This document shows, piece after piece, positions 10,808 to 22,870 of a stretch of DNA of 64,000 nucleotides. How positions within the stretch are numbered: the stretch's first letter is position 1; each line of letters starts with the position of its first letter. The stretch is taken from assembly GCF_902713615.1 (NCBI RefSeq), contig NC_052152.1:149718815-149782814 (forward strand), given 5' to 3'. Source of the stretch: Scyliorhinus canicula. Lineage: Eukaryota. A program made the translations under genes and the position numbers. The notes below the pieces were generated by a model. The model saw only the letters and a program-made list of their open reading frames with translations, searched no databases and was not told the origin of the DNA.

Positions 10808-11211
10808 GTGAGACCCCCCACGGCCCGTCCCCCTTCCCCCATATCCCCCCTCCCCCACAGTGTATTGGTGGCATGCATGGCGCCAGCCACCGGTACCCCT
10901 GTCAGCATGGACAGGTGATAGGCTGCAGGCCACCACGGTGCCAGACACCAACAGGGCCAGGGGTGTGGAGCAGTTGGCAGAGTATCAGGGGGAATGGTCG
11001 GTAGTGGTTGTGTGGGGGAGAGGGACATGCGGGGGCAGGGGCTGCAGTACAGTCCAGGTCACCATGTAGCCCATTGGGCCTGGTTGAGCATGGAGGTATA
11101 CGCCATGCTAACATGTCTGCCTATCACCCCCTGCATACAATGGATTTTGTTATCCAACCAGGAATGGTTGGCATCTGCCTTGCTGCCGCAGCCCTGGAGA
11201 ATGCTCTGAAG

Positions 11212-11815
11212 CTGAGAAATGGCAAATGGAGTTTAATCTGGACAAATGTGAGGCAATGCATTTTGCTAGGTCTAACATAGAGGGGAAATATACCGCAAGT
11301 GGCAAAACTCTTCGGAATATAGAAAGTCAGAGAGATCTGGGCATGCATGTCCACAGATCTTTGAAAGTGGAACACAAGGTAGTCAAGAAAGCATAAGAAA
11401 TGTTTGCCTTCATGGGACAGGGCCTCGAGTATAAAAACTGGCAGTCATGCTACAGTTGTGAGGGTCATGAGGGGCATGGATAGAGTGGATGGGCAGACAC
11501 TCTTTCCCAGGCTTGAGGGGTCAGTCACCAGGGGACATAGGTTTAAGGTGGGGCAAAGTTTAGAGGAGATGTGCAAGGCAGGTTTTTTACACAGTGGGTG
11601 GTGAGTGCCTTGAACGTGTTGCCAGGGGAGGTTGTGGAAGCAGATCATTAACGGCATTCAAAAGGCATCTTCACAAACACATGGATTGGATGGGTATAGA
11701 GCAATATGGCACAAGGAAGTGCTGAGGGTATTGCCAAAGGTTGGTATCATGACCGGTACAGGCTTGGAGGGCCGAAGGACCTGTTCCTGTGCTGTATTGT
11801 TTTTTGTTTTTTGAT
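11212..11815 (+). mobile_element. 5'-truncated CR1 LINE
   Basis: WQMEFN..KCEAMHF and TRGHRFK motifs, plus a GGGCCGAAGGACCTGTTCCTGTGCTGTA tail. Confidence 0.85.
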
Positions 11816-12423
11816 GTACAATTAGGAGCTGCTTGGGGAGGACCCTGCAGCAGCACAGTTCGCCCCAAAGGAACAGGGGATAGCCGGTGAGGATGGAGAG
11901 CCCGGCGCCGATCCCAAATTTGCCCCGACACCCGATTCTCTGTCCCATCGGGGAACGCATTCCAGAGCCGAGAATCCAGGCCAATGAATTGCAATCGTTT
12001 TACGATCCCCTTCCAGTCATAAAATGGGATGCAATTCAGTGTTCCACATCATACAAATTTATGCATGGCGTGGTCCCAGGGAATCTCGCTATCAGACCGC
12101 AAAGCAGGCCAAGGAGGAGATGGGAAGGCGGCGCCACATCAGGCCTTGTGTGGATTGGCAGCACCTGTCTTTCGAGGACCTGCTAACCAGGCATGTTGTC
12201 AATGACACTGGCTAAGCAGGGGGACCATTTGGCATATCTGCCGGATCATGGCGCACTTGGAACCACAAGTGAATGGGGGAGGACACCCGCTCCTGGTGGG
12301 CGTCAACGTGACGGTCGACCTAAACCTTTTCACCACGGGGTCCTTCCAAGCGCAGCGTGGGGACCTGTCTGGGATCTTGGAGATCTCAGTGCACAGGTGC
12401 ATCCGTGCCATCACAGAGATCCT

Positions 12424-13212
12424 GACCGGGATTCTCCGACCCCGAGCCGGGTCGGACAATTATAATAATAACCTTTTACTGTCACAAGTATCAAGTTACT
12501 GTGAAAAGTCTCCAGTCGCCACATTCCGGCGCTTGTTCGGGTAAGCTGGTATGGGAATTGAACCCGCGCTGCTGGCCTCCTTCTGCACCACAAACCAGCT
12601 TTCTAGCCCACTGAGCTAAACCAACCCTAACACCAGGGGGGGGGGGGGGGGGGGGGGGGGGCGAGAATTGCGTCATGACGCCCCGACGCCGGCTCGCCGA
12701 TTCTACGCCGCCAATTTTCGGGCGTGGGTGGGATCGCTGCCGCGCCGGTCGAGGCCGTTGAAAGGGGCCCCCCGGAGATTCTTCGGGCCTCAACAGGCCA
12801 AGTGCCCGCCGAGTTCAGCCAAGTCCCGCCGGTGTGGGTCACGTATTGTCCCACATGGCGGGATCTGTAAGGTCTGTCTGTGGGGGCTGTCCTGATGGGG
12901 GAGCACGAGGATACGACCCCGGGAGGGGGGCCCCCACAGTGGCCTGGTCCGCAATCGGGGGACTACCAATCGGCGGGCGGGCTGGTTCCGTGGGGGCCTA
13001 CATTCCTCTGCGCCGGGCATATTGACCGGGGGCCGACATGGAGATGGGAACCCACGCGCCCGGTGTAGCACGCATGCGCAGACTCGCGCCGCGCCAGCTG
13101 GAGCAGTGGAGACCACCCTGGCACCGACCTTGCCCCCTAGGAAGTGGTGAATACCTAACAATCCGTTGTCGGCGGCGCCTGAACTTGGCCGCGGGATTGG
13201 AGAATCCCGGCC
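12424..13212. mobile_element. Harbinger-type MITE
   Basis: TIRs G(A/G)CCGGGATTCTCC and 3-bp TSD CCT (12421-12423, 13213-13215). Removing it restores the transposase peptide ITEILYA. Confidence 0.85.
12458..12625 (-). mobile_element. Short tRNA SINE (family B) nested in the MITE
   Basis: Homologous to 655-832, with a (TTA)n tail. Confidence 0.85.
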
Positions 13213-13717
13213 CCTTTATGCCCGGTCGGCACAATGTCTCTATTTCAAAGTGGATCAAGCCCACCAGCATGGCGGGGTAGCGGGGTTTGCTGTCATCCCT
13301 GGGATTCCTCATTCCAGGGCACAAACGACCGGACACATGTTCTCCTACAAGCACCAGTGCATGTGAGTCTGGCTTTCACAAACTGAAATTCACACCAGTC
13401 CATGAATGTGCAGCTGGTGTGTGACCAAGAGATCCACATCACGCACATAAGCCTGATACCCAGCTTTCATCCTGGCACACTCGACGGCTGCCAACACATT
13501 AGAGGCTCACCCCCAGGTGAGGGGTTGGCTCTAGGGTGACAGAGGTTATCCACTGCAGTCGAGGCTGGTGACACCTATCTGGAGGCCACAGACCAATGCG
13601 GAAACCGCAACAAAGACACTCATGCCGCGAGTCATGCCATGATCGAGCGGTGCATCAACATCCTGAAGTTGCAATTCAAGTGCCTAGACCGCTCCGGAAG
13701 GGCCCTCTAATATAGCA

Positions 13718-14066
13718 GGGGCAACACGGTAGCACAGTGGTTAGCACAGTTGCTACACAGCTGCAGGGCCGCAGGTTCAATTCCTGGCTTGGGTCACTGT
13801 CTGTGCGGAGTCTGCACGTTCTCCCCGTGTCTGCGTGGGTTCCCTCCGCGTGCTCCGGTTTCCTCCCACAGTCCAAAGATGTGCAGATTAGGTGGATTGG
13901 AACAATGATAAATTGTTCTTAGTGTCCAAAAAGGTTAGATAGGGTTGCTGGGTTACTGAGATAGGGTGGAGGTGTGGGCTTAACTGGGTTGCTCTTTCCA
14001 AGGGCCGGTGCAGACTCGAAGGGCCGAATAGTCTCCTTCAGCACTGTAAATTCTATGATTTTATGA
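13718..14066 (+). mobile_element. HE1/V-SINE-like SINE (tail type 1)
   Basis: Same head, core and tail as 8947-9290. Confidence 0.9.
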
Positions 14067-14098
14067 TAGTGCCAGCAGAGTCCCACACCATGGTCGCC

Positions 14099-15851
14099 AG
14101 TCAAGGACAGTGGTGGGAAGTTGTGTGTGGAGGCTGAGGAGATAAGCGAGATACTAAATGAATACTTTTCGTCAGTATTCACTCAAGAAAAAGATAATAT
14201 TGTGGAGGAGAATGCTGAGACCCAGGCTATTAGAATAGATGGCATTGAGGTGCGTAGGGAAGAAGTGTTGGCAATTCTGGACAAGGTGAAATAGATAAGT
14301 CCCCGGGGCCGGATGGGATTTATCCTAGGATTCTCTGGGAAGCCAGGGAAGAGATTGCTGAGCCTTTGGCTTTGATTTTTAGGTCATCATTGGCTACAGG
14401 AATAGTGCCAGAGGACTGGAGGATAGCAAATGTGGTCCCTTTGTTCAAGAAGGGGAGTAGAGATAACCCCGGTAACTATAGGCCGGTGAGCCTAACGTCT
14501 GTGGTGGGTAAAGTCTTGGAGAGGATTATAAAAGATACGATTTATAATCATCTAGATAGGAATAATATGATTAGGGACAGTCAGCATGGTTTTGTGAAGG
14601 GTAGGTCATGCCTCACAAACCTTATCGAGTTCTTTGAGAAGGTGACTGAACAGGTAGACGAGGGTAGAGCAGTTGATGTGGTGTATATGGATTTCAGTAA
14701 AGCGTTTGATAAGGTTCCCCACGGTCGTCTATTGCAGAAAATACGGAGGCTGGGAATTGAGGGTGATTTAGAGATGTGGATCAGAAATTGGCTAGTTGAA
14801 AGAAGACAGAGAGTGGTAGTTGATGGGAAATGTTCAGAATGGAGTTCAGTTACGAGTGGCGTACCACAAGGATCTGTTCTGGGGCCGTTGCTGTTTGTCA
14901 TTTTTATAAATGACCTAGAGGAGGGCGCAGAAGGATGGGTGAGTAAATTTGCAGACGACACTAAAGTCGGTGGAGTTGTAGACAGTGTGGAAGGATGTTG
15001 CAGGTTACAGAGGGACATAGATAAGCTGCAGAGCTGGGCTGAGAGGTGGCAAATGGAGTTTAATGTGGAGAAGTGTGAGGTGATTCACTTTGGAAAGAAT
15101 AACAGAAATGCGGAATATTTGGCTAATGGTAAAATTCTTGGTAGTGTGGATGAGCAGAGGGATCTCGGTGTCCATGTACATAGATCCCTGAAAGTTGCCA
15201 CCCAGGTTGATAGGGTTGTGAAGAAGGCCTATGGTGTGTTGGCCTTTATTGGTAGAGGGATTGAGTTCCGGAGCCATGAGGTCATGTTGCAGTTGTACAA
15301 AACTCTAGTACGGCCGCATTTGGAGTATTGCGTACAGTTCTGGTCGCCTCATTATAGGAAGGACGTGGAAGCTTTGGAACGGGTGCAGAGGAGATTTACC
15401 AGGATGTTGCCTGGTATGGAGGGAAAATCTTATGAGGAAAGGCTGATGGACTTGAGGTTATTTTCGTTAGAGAGAAGAAGGTTAAGAGGTGACTTAATAG
15501 AGGCATACAAAATGATCAGAGGGTTAGATAGGGTGGACAGCGAGAGCCTTCTCCCGCGGATAGAGGTGGCTAGCACGAGGGGACATAGCCTTAAATTGAG
15601 GGGTAATAGATATAGGACAGAGGTCAGAGGTGGGTTTTTTACGCAAAGAGTGGTGAGGCCGTGGAATGCCCTACCTGCAACAGTAGTGAACATGCCAACA
15701 TTGAGGGCATTTAAAAATTTATTGGATAAGCATATGGATGATAAGGGCATAGTGTAGGTTAGATGGCCTTTAGATTTTTTCCATGTCGGTGCAACATCGA
15801 GGGCCGAAGGGCCTGTACTGCGCTGTATCGTTCTATGTTCTATGTTCTATG
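14099..15851 (+). mobile_element. Young 5'-truncated CR1 LINE
   Basis: Uninterrupted RT ORF and (TTCTATG)n tail. Transposase sequence resumes directly after it. Confidence 0.95.
14366..15757 (+). CDS. CR1 ORF2 reverse transcriptase domain (partial, no endonuclease)
   Basis: Motifs NYRPVSLTS, DFSKAFDKV, GVPQGSVLGP, FADD, RPHLEYCVQFWSP. Confidence 0.93.
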   Translation: MALIFRSSLATGIVPEDWRIANVVPLFKKGSRDNPGNYRPVSLTSVVGKVLERIIKDTIYNHLDRNNMIRDSQHGFVKGRSCLTNLIEFFEKVTEQVDEGRAVDVVYMDFSKAFDKVPHGRLLQKIRRLGIEGDLEMWIRNWLVERRQRVVVDGKCSEWSSVTSGVPQGSVLGPLLFVIFINDLEEGAEGWVSKFADDTKVGGVVDSVEGCCRLQRDIDKLQSWAERWQMEFNVEKCEVIHFGKNNRNAEYLANGKILGSVDEQRDLGVHVHRSLKVATQVDRVVKKAYGVLAFIGRGIEFRSHEVMLQLYKTLVRPHLEYCVQFWSPHYRKDVEALERVQRRFTRMLPGMEGKSYEERLMDLRLFSLERRRLRGDLIEAYKMIRGLDRVDSESLLPRIEVASTRGHSLKLRGNRYRTEVRGGFFTQRVVRPWNALPATVVNMPTLRAFKNLLDKHMDDKGIV

Positions 15852-16180
15852 CTGCATCTTCCACAACATCGTACAGCAGACGGGTGACATGCTGGAGAGG
15901 GGAATGAATGCCAGGCCTTGTCCAACAATGAGTATGTGGATGAAGGCCCGGGCAGCCACAGGAGGCCGTACAACTCATGTGCCTGGTCCGCCGTGCACAG
16001 GACGCTTTAATCTTCTTCAGGTTCACCGACTGGGGCCTGGCTGATGGCACAAGTATACCATCCCACCCCCACACCCGACCTCCCCCAGCAAACTACCCAC
16101 TCCCTCTCCACCCTCTGCACCACCCTACCCTCCCCTACACCTCTCACCTGTACTCCCCTCCGTGATTCTTAACTGCCACC

Positions 16181-16384
16181 CTATGGAGTGAGTGCCTTGG
16201 GTTGGCAGTAACAGCGGTTCTGGTCCATGGGATGGAGGATGATGACAACTCGCTCTGCAATGAGCTCTGGTGCTTCGCATCGTTCGACAATGTCTGACTC
16301 CTGCCCATGGTAGCACTTTCCACTGTCTGCCTGGGTGATCCTTGCATGCGAGCTGGTCATTCGATCACACGGTCCCATCAAACC
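16181..16384 (-). pseudogene. Putative third Harbinger coding exon, copy B
   Basis: FDGTV*SNDQLACKDHPGRQWKVL(fs)QESDIVERCEAPELIAERVVIILHPMDQNRCYCQPKALTP-stop. Same 204-nt length and stop position as copy A. Confidence 0.6.
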
Positions 16385-16687
16385 CTTGGGATGGTAGAGG
16401 TGGGGAGGGGGTCCTAGTTTGGGGGTTCCGGGGTGGGGGGGGGAGAGGGAGGGTGAGAGGGAGGGGGTGCGAGGACGGGTACTGGGGGGATGTGCAATGG
16501 TGCCTATCCCAGAGGCCCATGCCTCCCGCCCCCAGCAACCCCTCTGCAGCCAGTCCAGCCCATCTCTCACACCCTACTAACAGAGTACCAAGGCATGTTG
16601 GAATGTTCAGGTGTTTATTGTGAACATGTTTCTCCAGGTTTGTGCCCTGGGCCCTGTTGCCATCCTAAGTGCTGCACCTTTGCCAAA

Positions 16688-18705
16688 TTAACTGGTGCCT
16701 AACTTTCTGGCCTTACGGGGCCGAATGCTCCATGTAGGTGGGTCTCCAGGTGGTACATAAGGGATGGAGGCGGCCTGCTGCAATTTCCGTCCTGTGACCT
16801 GGGTCCCCATTAGTGGCCGTCCTCTGGAGCGACTGGGCCTGCACGGGCCCAACAGTCTCTTGGGCATCCCAGGTGGCGTGGTGCAACCAGTTCTGCCCCG
16901 TGCCCATCGGATGAGCCAGGGACAGTAGGGGGGCATCTGAAGTGCTGTGGAGTTCTGGCACCTCAACTATCACGTCCTCCTCCCTTGGGATGCCCACTGA
17001 CCCTTGGGCTACTCCTTGGCATGGGGGTGCAGCCGGAGTCAGCTTCGGGTGCTCCTCCATCACCTGCCGTTGCCAATCCTGGAGGCCCGCTCTCGTCTCA
17101 ATGTTTGCGGCCACAGAGCACTTCAACTGGGCCACCTCCCTCTGGGACTGTGCCACATCTCTCTGTGACTGACTCAGGTCAACCAGTGCCCGGAGTATGC
17201 AGCCAACGCCAACAGCCATGACCTGTTGTGATTGGGCCAACCCTGACCCATGCCCGATACATTCTCCCCAAGACCTGCACCACGGATGCCACCTGTTCAG
17301 TGTTGGCCTGGGTAACACACATGGTCAACATCACTTTCTGTCCCTGCAGGTAGTTGGATTCCTCCAACTGATCCTTCAGGCACTGTATAGTTACTGACAC
17401 TGCCTCATGTACTCGCTGGCTCTGTGTCTGCATCTCCAGCATTGATGGAAATCACCCCTCCAGAAACCCGAGGCCCATCTGGACATCAGTTATTCCCCGG
17501 GGGTTGGCCGCCCACCAACCGTCCGCCGCCTCGGAGGTTCCTACGTCCACCTGTGACCTCTGCACGCATGTGGTGCGCACCGGATAGTGCCCCAGGAGAC
17601 TCTTCACTATAACGTCCAACTGAGGTAAGTGTCTGTGGGTTGCTGAAGGGTGTTGGAGACAGCTGTGATGAAAAGTTGGTGTTGGCCACACACTCGTGCA
17701 CCTGGGTGTCGCGGGCTGGCCTTTGGGGGCTCATGTCACTGTCTGGGCGTTCAATGTGTTCTGTGGTTGTGGCCGGCATGGTGGGGGGGAAGGGGGGGAG
17801 GAAGAGGAGGAGGAGGAAGAGGAGGAGGGTGGGGGGTGGAGGGTGTCACCAGAAGGCCTGCCTCGTTATATCGTGATCCTGCAAGACACAGTACATGATG
17901 CATGGTTGGGTCGTGGGTGGGGTTGTTGGTGGGCTGGTGTGGGGTTGGTCGGGTGCTGGGGTGGGGTGGTGGAGAGGTGGTGTAGAGGTGGTGGGGGACT
18001 GTGGTGGTGTGGTGGAGGGGTCGCTGCACTTAGTGGTGATGGTGTCGTGCAACACAGCGGGGGATCACTTCGCTCCCTGATGACAACCTCCACCTCGACG
18101 ACTGCCCGCGCTCCAATGCACTCCAGATCCAATGCATGCTGCTCAGTGCCGGTGAGGGACCGGAGGTCTGGTGGGCCCCCTCCAGTCTGCTCTCTTTCTC
18201 TGTGGTTGTGCAGCCTTCTCCTCGGGGGTACAGGGCTGGGGCAGAAAATGCAATGTGAGGCAGTCGGATGCGGGCAGTACAGGGGGTGGGTAATTAGTGG
18301 CCTTTGCATGCAAGGCACCTTGCTATGGTGGGTTGTATGAGTGTTGGCATGTGGAGCAGGGTAGAGTCCGAGCAGAGTGCCGGAGGGTGTGGTTCGGTCA
18401 CCCTCTGGGTGGGGGGGTTGCGGCTTTATGGGACGGGGGTTGGTGCCAAGGGCATGGTGCTGGTTACTCACCTGGCCACCCTGAAGCGGTAGTGCAGTTT
18501 TTTACGGTACTGCTGGCTGGCCCTGGTGGTGGGACCCATGGCGCTCACAGCTTCTGCCACCTGCACCCAGGACCGGTGTAAGGCTGCGGGTTGCAGGCTC
18601 CTTCCCACCCCAGGAAATAGGGTGCCCCAACCTCTCCTCCACAGCATGCAGCAGCATCTACACTTCTGCATCAGCGAAACAGGGTGCCACGCTTCGAGGT
18701 GTCAT
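16688..18705 (-). pseudogene. Harbinger Myb/SANT gene, three exons, decayed
   Basis: ATG at 18705. Exon 1 WVQVAEAVSA..QQYRKKLH with GTGAGT donor at 18471; exon 2 HNHREREQTGGGPPDLR; AATAAA near 16615. Confidence 0.85.
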
Positions 18706-18940
18706 CTTCTTGGCTGGAATGACTGTGTTCCGGGAGTGAAGTGCTTATATGCGGCTGCAGCTTGTCAGCCTTTTGAGCGCAAATCCTGACTCTGGTGAAC
18801 CAGATGCTGTTTTTTATTGGGATTGCACTAGTTCTACGTGGCGCCAGTGCTCGCCCATTAATGGATCCTGAATTTCTACGGGACCAGCGCCACTGTTAGG
18901 ATCCTAAAACACCACTGTTCAGTTCCAGCGTCAGCACTTA

Positions 18941-19350
18941 GGGCAGAGTTCACCGTTCCCTGATGTCGATTTTGTAACGACGATCTAGCGGAAAATCCCT
19001 ACTGATGCCCAAATCGGGGGCGGCGCCGGTCTGACGCTGGTTTTGAATCCTCTGCCTCCCCCCCAAAATGGCGTCATTGTGTCGTGCGCCGCACGCCGTT
19101 AGAACGGTGTTGGCACGTCACCTGAAAGCCCTACCCTGATGCTCCACCCCTGATGGGCTGAGTTCCCGAGCGCGTGGTTGACGTGTGGTCTCAGCCGTCG
19201 GCAATTTGGCATGGCGGCTATGGGCGGGTGCCGTGCTGCTGGACAGGGGGGCTTCCGCGAGGGCTGGGGGGACTGGTGGGGGATGGCCAGGGTGTGGCTC
19301 GGGGGGCACTATCTGACAGGTCAGGTCTACGCACAGCCGCCATGTATTAC
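18941..19350. mobile_element. Truncated Harbinger-type MITE
   Basis: Starts GGGCAGAGTTCACC directly after TTA. Internal similarity to 39954-40540. Confidence 0.65.
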
Positions 19351-19425
19351 GGTGTGAAGTACCTGTGCGTCCTTTTAGAAAAATATACCAATTATGGTAT
19401 ATATATATATATATATGGTATACTA

Positions 19426-19783
19426 GGGCAGCACGGTAGCATGGTGGTTAGCATAAATGCTTCACAGCTCCAGGGTCCCAGGTTCGATTCCCGGCTGGGT
19501 CACTGTCTGTGCGGAGTCTGCACGTCCTCCCCGTGTGTGCGTGGGTTTCCTCCGGGTGCTCCGGTTTCCCCCCACAGTCCAAAGATGTGCGGGTTAGGTG
19601 GATTGGCCATGCTAAATTGCCTGTAGTGTCCTAAAAAGTAAGGTTAAGGGGTGGGGGGGGGGTTGTTGGGTTACGGGTATAGGGTGGATACGTGGGTTTG
19701 AGTAGGGTGATCATGGCTCGGCACAACATCGAGGCCCGAAGGGCCTGTTCTGTGCTGTACTGTTCTATGTTCTATGTTCTATG
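19426..19783 (+). mobile_element. HE1/V-SINE-like SINE (tail type 2)
   Basis: Same head and core; tail CAACATCGAGG.CCGAAGGGCCTGT..(TTCTATG)n matches the CR1 end at 15790-15851. Confidence 0.92.
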
Positions 19784-20594
19784 TAATCTTTCATATATTC
19801 ATGGCAACTGGGCTTATGCAGCAATTGTGACTCATTATTTTAATAACGTATAACTGTTGACGACAATTATCCATGGAAACCATTTTGGAAGACTTAAAAA
19901 TTTTGAAACTCTTAAGATTTATCCTCATTTTTAATTTTCTGCGCATGATTCTCTGCAACTGTTTTCTTTATTCCTGTGCCTTTTTCAACCTGACAATACA
20001 GTGCTCGTATCCTTCTGAAATATAATTCCAAAGCAAGTCATTTGAATTAAGCGACAGAAAGAAAGGCTTTTGTACAAGTGTAGCACTAGATTGTGTGATA
20101 ATGTCATCAGCCCACAGTAAGTTAATATTTCCCCAGAAATTTCTGAATAATGTTGGGATTTCTTTTGTACGTAACGTGGAGTGCTGTCACAATCACCTGA
20201 ATGCTGAGAGGAGGTGAAGCTTGTAATCATTGGAAGGTGTCAATTACTTTTTTAATTTACCGTTGCATTCATGTCTTTTAAATGTCTCTACTCCACTCCT
20301 GAAAGGCCTGTTTTATGCTACCACACAGCTCAACGGATGCCATAAACCCTGGGGTACATTGCAAAATGGCCAGCCTTCATGTTTGAAACTTCCCAGTGCA
20401 TGTCAGCAGGCTATTTGACTGTAGGGGGCTTATTTTTGGCTGAGTCTGATCACTTGCTTGTCAATCATTTCCACCATTTTCTTGTATCTTCCAAACAGCT
20501 GTTTATAATTTTCTGGTTTTATAACGTGTCTCAGTATTGATTTGTGATTCTATTTTTGTTGCCACTTGTAAGAGAAATGGTTTCATGCTTTTAT

Positions 20595-20907
20595 GATAAT
20601 CTTTATTAGGATAATCTTTATTATTGTCACGAGTCGGCATATATTAACACTGCAATGAAGTTACTGTGAAAAGCCCCGTGTCGCCACCTTTCAGCGCTTG
20701 TTCGGGTACACTGAGACAGAATTCAGAATGTTCAAATTACCTAACAGCACATCTTTCGGGACTTGTGGGAGGAAACCGGAGCACCCAGAGGAAATCCACG
20801 CAGACACGAGGAGAACGTGCAGACTCCGCACAGTCAGTGACCCAGTGACTGGGATTCAAACCCTGCCGCTGTGAAGTACCAGTGCTACCACTGCGCTACC
20901 GTGCTGC
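20595..20907 (-). mobile_element. HE1/V-SINE-like SINE (tail type 3)
   Basis: Same head and core; tail GTGGCGAC..GGGGCTTTTCACAGTAACTTCATTGCAGTGTTAAT shared with family B. Confidence 0.88.
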
Positions 20908-22235
20908 TTTTGAAGGTGTCCTTGAAGCTTGTACTGCCCATAATGTATTGTTTGCTGATTATAAGGATGTTACCTAAAATTGTGGAATTTAGTAAACTTC
21001 TGAAGAGCTGCTAGGGATTTTAGAAAAAAAAGAGGAACATGAAAAGATCTATTACAATTATAAACATTCGCAGGCAGTCAGGGAATAACCAGCAATTTAA
21101 TGGCAAGAATCTTATGCTGTTGGCAATTCGAGCCAAATTTATTGATGGGGGTGGGTTGATAGTTTAAGAGTGCCTTCATATAGGGCTGGATTCCCCGCTG
21201 CATCGAGAACCTCACCACCAGCGGAGAATCCAACATCGGCCAGAAAGAGTGCCCATCCCGTTCCGATGGTCCGATCCCCCGCTGGCGTCGGGGTTCCGCC
21301 CCATGCCAGCAGGTTATTAAAACCCGTTTGCATTTGATTAATGGGCCAGGCACCAGGGGCTGGACTCTCCGAGTCTCCGCGCCAAAATCGCGATTGGCGC
21401 GGGGCGGAGAATGGGCATTTACGCCAAAATCCGGTCCAACGCCGCTCCCGCGATCCTCCAGTCCGTGGAGAGTTGCTCAGGAGTCTCCCGTGCGCGAAAT
21501 GCGCGGTGCGGGTAGGTGGCTACTGACAGAGGCCCCACCCCCCTCGATTCTACGAGGAAAACTGGCCGAGTTCCCGGCTGTGCGGTTCTAACCACATAAG
21601 GGGGTATTTATTTAAAGGAGTTACCCCGAAAGTCCATCAGAGGATCATCCGCCCTCCCACAAAGCAAGACCTGCCCACCCTACCCCCACCAGACCACCCC
21701 ACCACCCCCCACTAGAGACCCCTTATTAAAGAGACCCTCCCAGACACCTCCCAATTAAAGAGATCCCAACTTGCATGGCTAAGGATTGGGAATCGCTTCC
21801 TGATTTGTACTCCAAGCATGAGCACAAATCAGGGAAATTCAGCTCCGGTGGGAGAACATAGGGCAGGATTCTCCGTTTGGGAGACTAGAGCTGGAGTTCT
21901 CCGGCCGTTAGAATTCACTTTTCCCACCAGCAGCGCACCCCTGCACGTGGGTTTTCTTGCGCCCTAGGATAATTACAATGGGAAATCCCATTGACAAACG
22001 GTGGGAAGAAGGCCTTCAAGCCATCTTTAAATATTGTGGAGATCCATAACAAGGACAACCACAGCTGCAGCCTGTCTGTCCTATCAAACACTTCCAGGAC
22101 AGAGCCGTGCTGCGGCTTTAATCGCGAAATGCAAATTCATTCCCTTTGACTGTGAGCACTTTCAGGATTCACAGCTGAAGGCGATTTCAAATGAGGAATT
22201 AACCGTGTTAGTTGAGAGAGCACTTTATGCTCCTC

Positions 22236-22870
22236 GGGCTAGATTCTCAGAATCTGCGGCTATATCTGCAGAGTGTGTCTGTTCTTATGACCAGAAAGTT
22301 GGCGCAGCCCCCAGACTGATCCTCCAACCGGTGGGGGGGGGCTAGCAGCCACGCCACAAAAAGCCCTCGGCCTTACCTGCAGATACGCCTGCAGAATGGC
22401 CGGGTCATTTGCCACGCATGTGCACCGTGGCGGACTGCGGTGGCTACGCCGTAGAGCATGACGTCAGCCACGCGCGGACCTGGCCCGCCAAAAACTGCCC
22501 CCTGCAACCCACCTCGCCACTCCCGGACCACCCCCCACTAGTCCCCCCAGCCTCCTCCAAAAACCCCCTGCCAGCGGAACGGGTCCCCCCTGGACTCAGT
22601 CCGCAGCCCCCACGCGAGGTCCCTGAACGTTGTGAGGACAAATGTCCCATGCCATCGGGGACTCGGCCCATCAGGGACAGAGCATCGGGGGAGGGCCTCA
22701 GGTGACATCCTGAGGCCATCCCGACGCTGTGCAGCGTACCCTTTGAGTACGGCATTTTTGAGGGGCACAGCACCAGAAAAACGGCTCCACCCCCAACTCC
22801 AGCATCAAAATGGATTCTCCAGCTGATTGACGAACACGATTTAGGCATCGCCGATCGAAGAATCCATCCC
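22236..22870. mobile_element. Harbinger-type MITE
   Basis: TIRs GGGCTAGATTCT / AGAATCCATCCC; TSD CTC. Confidence 0.85.

Larger units (their letters stand above)
11140..16030 (+). pseudogene. Harbinger (HARBI1-like) DDE transposase split by five insertions
   Basis: Successive motifs MDFVIQPG, LNLFTTGSFQ..GDLSGI, NVQLVCD, GWLLGDRGYPL, IERCINILKLQFKCLDRSG, CIFHNI. Confidence 0.88.
10870..18940. mobile_element. Decayed autonomous-type PIF/Harbinger transposon with nested insertions
   Basis: Convergent HARBI1-type transposase (+) and three-exon Myb gene (-). Subterminal region 18730-18940 matches 59290-59495. Confidence 0.88.

Noticed and set aside
14581-15750. Antisense ORFs over the CR1 RT
   Set aside because: Shadow frames of the RT coding sequence.
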